Part shown: piece after piece, positions 26,678-32,911 of the stretch
Position numbering within the stretch: position 1 is the stretch's first letter
How the letters are laid out: every line of letters begins with the position of its first letter
Origin: a bacterium
GTDB lineage: Bacteria > Desulfobacterota > DSWW01
Direction of reading: 5' to 3'
Length of the DNA stretch: 32,911 nt
Assembly: GCA_040756235.1 (NCBI GenBank)
Contig: JBFLZG010000121.1
Span: 1-32,911, forward strand
Program-made: the position numbers and the translations under genes
The notes under the pieces: model-generated
What the model was told of the DNA's origin: nothing
The model's database searches: none
The model's input: only the letters and a program-made list of their open reading frames with translations

Positions 26678-27370
26678 TCATCTGTCCGAATGGAGGATGC
26701 TGTAGCACTTCGAGGCCGCCGGGAAGCGGATCCGCGCGAAATAGTCGGCGATCATCCGGTCGTAAGCGGCGGTATGCTCGAAAGCCTTGGCAGCGAGCCG
26801 AAAACGGTCCTCGAGGCGGCTCGAGCCCTGGTTCTGCCGCAGCGCGGCGAGAAACGGGGCGTAGTCCCTCGGGTCCACCAGGACCGCGACCCGCAGGTAG
26901 TTCTTCGCGGCAGCACGGATCATGCAAGGCCCGCCGATGTCGATGTTCGCCCGCGCCTTCTCCAGCGTGACCCCTGCCTGCTGGATGGTCTGCCGGAAGG
27001 GGTAGAGGTTCACGACGACCAGGTCGATGGGGACGCCGGCCGTCCGCTCCAGATCCTGCTGGTGCTCCTCGTTGTAGGTCTCCGTCAGCAACCCCAGGTA
27101 GATCTTAAAATCCAGGGTTTTGACCAGCCCGCCCTGCGTTTCCGGCTGGCCTGTGTAATCGGAGACCTGCACGAGTCTGCCCTCGGACCGGTCTCCCAGG
27201 ATTTCCCGGATCTTCGAGAACGTCCCTCCGGTGGAATAGATGGTCAGCTCCGGAAGAAGGTCCACCAGATCCCGGACCAGAAAATCGATTTCCTGCTTGT
27301 CCGAGACGCTCACCAGGGCGTGGCGAATCGGGACCGGATCGTCCACTTTCTCAACGATGTTGACGGCCAC
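26678..27370 (-). CDS. IMP cyclohydrolase (MGS-like) domain of PurH (stand-alone N-terminal part)
   Basis: ALVSVSDK, STGGT, VSDYTG.PE..GG.VKTL, IDLVVVNLYPF, NIDIGGP.MIRAAAKN, AF.HTA.YD. Confidence 0.9.
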   Translation of the reverse strand: MAVNIVEKVDDPVPIRHALVSVSDKQEIDFLVRDLVDLLPELTIYSTGGTFSKIREILGDRSEGRLVQVSDYTGQPETQGGLVKTLDFKIYLGLLTETYNEEHQQDLERTAGVPIDLVVVNLYPFRQTIQQAGVTLEKARANIDIGGPCMIRAAAKNYLRVAVLVDPRDYAPFLAALRQNQGSSRLEDRFRLAAKAFEHTAAYDRMIADYFARIRFPAASKCYSILHSDR

Positions 27371-27406
27371 CGCAGGGGTCCTTTCCTGTCAGCTGTCGGT
27401 TGCCTA

Positions 27407-27587
27407 GCAGGCTGTTGAAAAACGCCCATCTGCCGCGTTCGGCTCGTTCTTCGTTCCCGGCCTTCGCCGGGACAGGCTCCCCGCCCGTCCGCCCGATTTT
27501 CGGGTAGCCTCGTTTCTCAGAACTTCGCCTGCCTTGCATCTGGGCATTTTTGAACAGCCTGCGTTGATCCAGTTTTTCAACAGGCTC
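27407..27587 (-). repeat. Structured intergenic element, copy 4 (core 27562-27407; leader GAGCCTGTTGAAAAAC from 27587)
   Basis: Reverse complement reads GCAGGCTGTTCAAAAATGCCCAGATGCAAGGC..GAAGTTCTGAGAAACGAGGC..ACGAAGAACGAGCCGAACGCGGCAGATGGGCGTTTTTCAACAGCCTGC, then TAG. Confidence 0.9.
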
Positions 27588-27620
27588 CTGGGGGGCAGGG
27601 CAGACGCGCTTCATCCCCGA

Positions 27621-28940
27621 TCAGCTCTGCCCACATGACCTGCTCTGGACCGCGCCCCCGCCCTCCCGGTCCTCCCCGCAGGGGTGCGGGGGCCGGAGCC
27701 GCCCATCGAGGACCCGCTCCGCTGGGGCCCTTTCTTTCGGACGGCCCAAGACCCGGACACTCGCCACGGCACCCGCCCCGGCCCCGCGGCGGCGCGTACC
27801 GTCGAGCCTGAGCCCGCCCCGGTACAGCTTGCAGCAGCGCGCACATCCCGGAAACTGCCCTCCCGCGGACTTGAGCGCAAGCCGAAAGCGGCGGTACCGC
27901 TCGTTGTTGAGGAGCTCGGCAAGCCCGCTCTCGCGGATGTTTCCGACCGGGTACGGAATGAACTGGCAGGCGTACACCTGACCGTCCGGGGCGACCCGGG
28001 TATCGGTCCAGGGGTAGAAACAGCTGCTGTCGACCCGGTAGTCCTCGCTGTACCAGGTGTCCAGCATCGGGGCTGCCAGCTCGGGCTTTACGATGCAGCA
28101 GACCTTGCGCTCTTCCGCGTAGGCCCTGCACTGCCGGACCCCCCGGGCGATCCTGTCGGATTCGCCACCGTTCGGGCGGTGGAGCGAACAGATGAGCTGG
28201 ACCTCCTCACGGCCAAAATGGTGGGGCCAGACCCGGGCATGGGCCTCAAGATCGCGACCGGTCAGAAAGGTCCGATGCTGCACGGTCAGCGCATCCGCAC
28301 CCGTTTCCGCACACAGGTCCACCACGGCACGGAACTGTTCTGCAGATTGCTGGGTGAGTACGAAATTCACGAGGACGTGGGACTGCCCCTTGTGGCGCCC
28401 GAACTGCCTCAGCGTTTCCGCAGCCCGTTCGAAGGTACCGTTCCGCTGCACGACAGAGTCGTGGAAGGCCGCACCCCCGTGGATGCTCACGATGACGTAG
28501 TCCAGACCCGCGGAAACCAGCCGCCGGACCCTTGTCTCGTCCAGCAGGGTGCCGTTCGTGTTCACGCCGGCATGGACGCCCCGGGCCTTGATCGCTTCGA
28601 CGATCTCCACGCCGTCTCGACGCAGGAAGGGCTCTCCACCCGTGATATAGATGCTGCATCCCAGAGCCCGGGCCTGGTCGGCCAGGTGCTCGATCTCCCC
28701 CATGTGCAGCTCCTCGCACCGGCGGTTCAGACGGTTGTCCCGCAGGAAACAGAAACTGCAGCGCAGGTTGCACCGGTAGGTGGTCTCGAGGGTCAGGTTC
28801 ACCAGGCGGCGGGACCTGCCCTTTCCCCAGCGGTAGTCGGGCAGAATCGTGAGCGCTCTGCTCAGGACCGCTCCCCAAGGCGCGCTGTTGGACACCCGGA
28901 GGTTCCTCATCTTGGTTCCGAGGCGGTCCAACCAGTACAT
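27621..28940 (-). CDS. Radical SAM protein with SPASM/twitch C-terminal domain
   Basis: CNLRCSFC, TGGEPFLR, NTNGTLL, C..PW...DG.VYAC...GNI...CARC. ATG 28940 follows GAGGAG (alternative start 28991). Confidence 0.9.
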   Translation of the reverse strand: MYWLDRLGTKMRNLRVSNSAPWGAVLSRALTILPDYRWGKGRSRRLVNLTLETTYRCNLRCSFCFLRDNRLNRRCEELHMGEIEHLADQARALGCSIYITGGEPFLRRDGVEIVEAIKARGVHAGVNTNGTLLDETRVRRLVSAGLDYVIVSIHGGAAFHDSVVQRNGTFERAAETLRQFGRHKGQSHVLVNFVLTQQSAEQFRAVVDLCAETGADALTVQHRTFLTGRDLEAHARVWPHHFGREEVQLICSLHRPNGGESDRIARGVRQCRAYAEERKVCCIVKPELAAPMLDTWYSEDYRVDSSCFYPWTDTRVAPDGQVYACQFIPYPVGNIRESGLAELLNNERYRRFRLALKSAGGQFPGCARCCKLYRGGLRLDGTRRRGAGAGAVASVRVLGRPKERAPAERVLDGRLRPPHPCGEDREGGGAVQSRSCGQS

Positions 28941-29024
28941 CTCAGCTCCTCGCCAGCGGGATCTGAAGAAATCAACAGCCCTTGCAGCCATCTGCCGCAG
29001 GGCCGCTTCCTCCGTTTTTTCCGC

Positions 29025-29053
29025 ATTCTATCCCTCCGGCACCCGACGAGCAA
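29025..29053 (-). promoter_or_regulatory. Candidate sigma70 promoter for the radical SAM gene
   Basis: Minus strand TTGCTC, 17 nt, TAGAAT. Confidence 0.55.
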
Positions 29054-29169
29054 GAGCGGGCGCCACGGCGAATTGACTCAATTAAAGGCTGCCGAAAGGA
29101 GGATTTGCGGGCGTATGAAGCGGCAGCTTGCGCGCCGCCCGCGTACCAGGCCGGAGGAACCCGGACCCG

Positions 29170-29637
29170 TCAGGCGCCCGGCCCATTGCCCCCGCCCACT
29201 TTTCTCTTCGGGTGGCACTCCTGACACTTGGTCGGGCCCTTGGCCTCTTCTTTGTGGCACTTCGTGCAGTTGTCATGAAAGGCGTTGTAAAGACTGAGCT
29301 TCTTTTCCTCGGGCGGGGCTTCCTTCAAGGCCTTTCCCGTCTTGATCACGGTGTGGCAGGCTTCGCATTTCTGGACGGGGTCCCCTTCCTTCCACACGTT
29401 GTTCCCGTTCTGATATTCATGGTGGCAATCCGTGCAGGCGATCTGGAGCTCGGTGGCGTGCTTTTTGTGAGAGAATTTTGTATTTTCATTTTTCTTTGCG
29501 GTCCAGGCTTGCGATTGTATCGTGATCTCGTCGGCAGCTTGCGGAGGGGGTGCGCCGGTGGCGCTCCCCCGGGCGATCATCGGCAAGAGAATGAGGATGA
29601 TACTCAGAGCGGGCAGGTGACGGAGCGTGCCCCGCAT
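29170..29637 (-). CDS. Periplasmic tetraheme cytochrome c3-family protein
   Basis: Signal peptide, FSHKKH distal ligands, four CxxCH motifs (CTDCH, CEACH, CTKCH, CQECH). AGGAGG RBS. Confidence 0.92.
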   Translation of the reverse strand: MRGTLRHLPALSIILILLPMIARGSATGAPPPQAADEITIQSQAWTAKKNENTKFSHKKHATELQIACTDCHHEYQNGNNVWKEGDPVQKCEACHTVIKTGKALKEAPPEEKKLSLYNAFHDNCTKCHKEEAKGPTKCQECHPKRKVGGGNGPGA

Positions 29638-29705
29638 GAAGCTTCCTCCTGTGTGCAGATGAGCGGGCGAGGGCAGGGGATATGAGAGGCCGGTCAGCAG
29701 CGGGA

Positions 29706-29735
29706 ACAGTACAGGAGCGAAGCCTCAAAAGTCAA
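29706..29735 (-). promoter_or_regulatory. Candidate sigma70 promoter for cytochrome c3
   Basis: Minus strand TTGACT, 18 nt, TACTGT. Confidence 0.45.
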
Positions 29736-29812
29736 CGGCGCCTCGGGGTCTTGAGGCACAGGCTCCGACAGAAGCCTGTGCAAATCACCAGCATCCATGG
29801 GGGATAGCACGG

Positions 29813-30985
29813 ATGCCCGGAAGCAGACGACCTTCTCCACCCGCAAGGGCTGCTCGGTCACACCCGCCACGCGCTTCCGGGGAGGACCTCCGGCAAGACA
29901 TCCGCACGGTCCTGGTCACCGGGGCCGGCGGTCCGATCGGAAGCTTTCTGGTTCATCATCTGGCCAGGGAAGGCTTCGCCGTCGTGGCGGCCGATCAGCC
30001 GGGCTCGGATATCCCGCTGCCGAAAGCCCGGTCTCCGATCGTGGCCAGGACGGGTGATCTGTCCAGCCCGGTTTTCCTCAAGTCCCTTCTGGAAGGAGTG
30101 GACGCGGTCATTCATGCCGCTCCCTGCGTGGGGATCAGGCAGCCCTACGACGTCCTGGCGCCTCTGGTGGTGGAGACGCCCCGAGTGCTGTATGCCGGGT
30201 GCCGCAGGCGGGCTGTCAAGCGGTTCCTCTATCTCAGCTCCGGCCAGGTCTACAAGCGGGGCCAGTCCCTGATGGACGAGACTTCGGCTCTGGAGGCCGA
30301 AGACGATTACCAGCAGGCGCTCATGGATGCCGAAAAAGCCCTGTTGGCCGAGGCTGCACCCGGACTGCCGCTGGTCACGGTGCTCAGGGTGGCGGTGTCT
30401 TACGGGCCCAGGAACGGGGCGCTCATATCCTCGCTGGCCACGCTTCCGGTCCTGGCCCGTGCACTGGGGCCCTGCTGCCCCTTGCTCTCGGGCGGCCCGC
30501 GGATGAACCTGATCCATGGCGAGGATGCCGCCCGGGCAGCGCTCTTTCTCCTTTTCCAGGCCGGCTCCTACGGCGAAGTGTTCAACGTGGCGGACAAGGA
30601 CCCCATGTCCCTGAGCGAGTTCATCAACGTGGCCATGGAGACCTACGGCTTGAAGCGGCTGGAGCCGGGAACGCCCTATCCCCCGCTCACTCTTCTGCAG
30701 TCGATCCTTCCCTACATGGACTCGGATGACATCTTCGACCCTCTGAACAAGCTCGGATGCTCCCTTTGGGACCGGATGGTCCGAAAGCTCGGCCTGCAGC
30801 GGGCGCTGACGCCCAGGATCGATCAGGAGATGCTGCTGTTCGGCCGGCGCGACCTCATGCTCGCAAGCCGCAAGCTTACTTCACTCGGCTTCCGCCACAA
30901 GTACCCGAAGTTTCATCAGGGCTGGGAGCGGACCGTGGCCTGGTACCAGGAGAACAGGTGGATCCCGGGGCCGAACGAGATTTGA
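29813..30985 (+). CDS. NAD-dependent epimerase/dehydratase (extended SDR) family protein
   Basis: VLVTGAGGPIG, VDAVIHAA, YLSS..VY, LR...YGP, IH.ED.A, GEVFNV. The catalytic YxxxK is degenerate (YQQAL). Confidence 0.8.
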   Translation: MPGSRRPSPPARAARSHPPRASGEDLRQDIRTVLVTGAGGPIGSFLVHHLAREGFAVVAADQPGSDIPLPKARSPIVARTGDLSSPVFLKSLLEGVDAVIHAAPCVGIRQPYDVLAPLVVETPRVLYAGCRRRAVKRFLYLSSGQVYKRGQSLMDETSALEAEDDYQQALMDAEKALLAEAAPGLPLVTVLRVAVSYGPRNGALISSLATLPVLARALGPCCPLLSGGPRMNLIHGEDAARAALFLLFQAGSYGEVFNVADKDPMSLSEFINVAMETYGLKRLEPGTPYPPLTLLQSILPYMDSDDIFDPLNKLGCSLWDRMVRKLGLQRALTPRIDQEMLLFGRRDLMLASRKLTSLGFRHKYPKFHQGWERTVAWYQENRWIPGPNEI

Positions 30986-30998
30986 GAGGGACGGGCTT

Positions 30999-31168
30999 TC
31001 AGACCAGTACGCCTTCTCGGTTCAGGTCTTCGATCTCAGAACCGGCGTACCCGAGCAGGCCTGAAAGCACTTCCCGGGTGTGCTGCCCCAGGAGAGGGGC
31101 GGCATGGCGCATCCGGATCGGCGTCTCGGAGAAGAGAGAGGGCCCGGCCAAGTCGAAGGGCGCGCGGA
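30999..31168 (-). pseudogene. 3' remnant of a CaiB/BaiF family III CoA-transferase
   Basis: [38 protein letters not shown] matches the typical family III C-terminus. The rest of the gene is absent and the nitrilase stop abuts it. Confidence 0.7.
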
Positions 31169-32302
31169 TCAGCGCGCCCTGGACAGCTCCTCCATGAGCT
31201 TCTCGAGCTTCTGGAGGCGCACCTCGAACTGCTCGGATATGCGGCGCAGCTCCGCGAAGGGCAGGTCCGCGCGCGGCCATGCGGGCTCGCGCGCCGGGAC
31301 CTCCGGAGTCCAGGGTTCTCTTCTCACGTCCAGCCGGACGACGTCCCACCGCGAGTAATGTCCGAGCGCGTCGAAGACGACTTTGACGGCTTTGAGCAGG
31401 TTGGCTTCGCAGTCGGCGTACAGGATGGTCTCCTCATGGAAGACCGGCTCCACCAGGTAACCGCCCATCGGGCTCACGATGGCGCTGCCGCCGACGGCCC
31501 AGCTGTAGTTCATGTGGGAGCTCGCCGTCAGGTGACGCCAGGGCTCCGGAAAATCCTCTTCCCGCAGGAGCCCGCTCACGCTGATGACGAAAGCCCCTGC
31601 TTCGAACGCGTGTTCCCGGATGGCCGGCTGCAGGTCGCAGGAGCCGCCCAGGGGCGCCGTCTCCGGCTCGGAGACGCGGGGTCCTGCGAAACGCCAGCTC
31701 CCCGGCCACACGGAAGCGTGGAGCTCCTCCCCCAGGTGGATCATGGCCGCCCGGACCAGGATCATGTGGTGCTCCCAGCAGATGAGCCCGCCGATGCGGC
31801 CGATCCCCGAGTCGAACACCTTCAGGTCGCTCCCGTCCCCCCATCCCCAGTAGGTGCGCTCGGTGTAGGTGGGCATGAGCTTGCGATGCCTGCCGAGGAC
31901 TTCGCCCCTCTTGTCGAGGTACAGGAGCGTGTTGAAGAGGGTGCGGCTTCCGGGACGGTCGTCCAGCTCGTTCAACCCGACCACCACGTAGGAGCCGGCC
32001 TGTCTGGCCGCTTCGCCCAGGATCCGGGTGTCCTCGCTCGGGATGACCACCGAGTTCTCCTGCAGGGTGACGTTGTACGCCGCCCATTCGGCCACCGGCA
32101 ACTCGAAGCCGCCTGTGTAGAAAGCGGGATAGGCCGGGACGAAAGCTTCGGGAAAGACGATCAGCTCCGCTCCGTTCGCGCCCGCTTCCCGGATCAGCCG
32201 GCACGCCTTCTCCAGGGTCTTTTCCTTGTCCAGGAACACGGGGGCCGCCTGAACCGCCGCCACCCTGACCTTGTCTCTTCCGCCCAGGACCTGCTTGATC
32301 AT
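31169..32302 (-). CDS. Nitrilase (carbon-nitrogen hydrolase family)
   Basis: [20 protein letters not shown] (Glu), HRKLMPT..ER..WG.GDG (Lys), LICWEH (Cys), FD..GHYSR. GGAGG before ATG 32302. Confidence 0.92.
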   Translation of the reverse strand: MIKQVLGGRDKVRVAAVQAAPVFLDKEKTLEKACRLIREAGANGAELIVFPEAFVPAYPAFYTGGFELPVAEWAAYNVTLQENSVVIPSEDTRILGEAARQAGSYVVVGLNELDDRPGSRTLFNTLLYLDKRGEVLGRHRKLMPTYTERTYWGWGDGSDLKVFDSGIGRIGGLICWEHHMILVRAAMIHLGEELHASVWPGSWRFAGPRVSEPETAPLGGSCDLQPAIREHAFEAGAFVISVSGLLREEDFPEPWRHLTASSHMNYSWAVGGSAIVSPMGGYLVEPVFHEETILYADCEANLLKAVKVVFDALGHYSRWDVVRLDVRREPWTPEVPAREPAWPRADLPFAELRRISEQFEVRLQKLEKLMEELSRAR

Positions 32303-32342
32303 CTGACACCTCCATTCCGGTGTGCGAAATCCACTCGGACCG

Positions 32343-32903
32343 TCAGCGCTTCGAGGCCCGAAAGAGGCGGTATATCCCTCCGATCCGAACCTCTTTCCCC
32401 GCATCCATTCCGGACCTGCGAAGGCCTTTTCGGGTAGCCTCCAATCCGGCAGCGGGTGAAAGGAGGGGGATCACGCGAACCTCGGCAAGCACCAGCGCCT
32501 CGCCACCCGGGCGGAGCACGCGGCAAACCTCCGAGAAGAACGGGTCGGGACCTGCGCAGTGGAACGCACCCAGGCTCACGCACCGGTCAAAACAACCCGC
32601 TTTGAAAGGAAGCCGCGCCATGTCGCCGACGACGTACTGAACGGCGCCCCCGCGCCGCACGGCTTCCCGCACCATCGGCCGCTCCCGTTCGAGGCCGACG
32701 ACCTTGCGTGCACGACGGGCGAGCCTGCGGGACAGATAGCCGGTGCCAGAGCCGAGGTCGAGCACCCGATCGCTCGGCCGCAACGCGGCCTCGAAGTGGT
32801 CCTCACCGAAGTAGAGGAACCGCCGTCCGGCTTCGTACCCGGGAGCCAGGCGCCGGTAGAGTCGTCGCGCAAGGTCCCACCGCACGGCAAGCCCCTCCAC
32901 CAC
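32343..32903 (-). CDS. Class I SAM-dependent methyltransferase (frame stays open to the window edge, so the N-terminus may be missing)
   Basis: VLDLGSGTG, GD...LPF...FD, RVLRPGG. Confidence 0.85.
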   Translation of the reverse strand: MVEGLAVRWDLARRLYRRLAPGYEAGRRFLYFGEDHFEAALRPSDRVLDLGSGTGYLSRRLARRARKVVGLERERPMVREAVRRGGAVQYVVGDMARLPFKAGCFDRCVSLGAFHCAGPDPFFSEVCRVLRPGGEALVLAEVRVIPLLSPAAGLEATRKGLRRSGMDAGKEVRIGGIYRLFRASKR

Positions 32904-32911
32904 GTGGATCG

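Noticed and set aside
14891..27587. Repeats interpreted as a CRISPR array or tRNAs
   Set aside because: They are dispersed rather than regularly spaced, there are no cas genes, and there is no cloverleaf or T-loop consensus.

Overview
GC-rich bacterial window, most consistent with an anaerobic Desulfobacterota/deltaproteobacterium (inferred from the tetraheme cytochrome c3, the Fhs/AcsB sequence types and the split purH). The left part (minus strand) holds a putative peptide/amino-acid catabolic unit: TetR, M24 peptidase, 2-oxoacid oxidoreductase gamma / GltD-delta fusion / alpha / beta, ilvE, and a truncated FAD oxidoreductase at the edge. A redox module (ferritin-like protein, iron-sulfur flavoprotein, FAD oxidoreductase with a Cys4 tail) and folC follow. 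The centre (plus strand) is a Wood-Ljungdahl cluster, fhs-folD-cooC-acsD-acsB-acsC-acsE-DUF3786, then cooC and cooT, with no CODH (acsA/cooS) or metF gene in the window. The right part has a split purH, a radical SAM/SPASM protein, cytochrome c3, an SDR, a CoA-transferase remnant, a nitrilase and a SAM methyltransferase. The most striking non-coding signal is a family of 125-185 nt structured intergenic elements (4 full copies and 1 fragment). They show compensatory base-pair changes between copies, a leader hairpin, interchangeable internal REP-like modules, a tendency to end at CTAG, and in one case a 9-bp flanking direct repeat.
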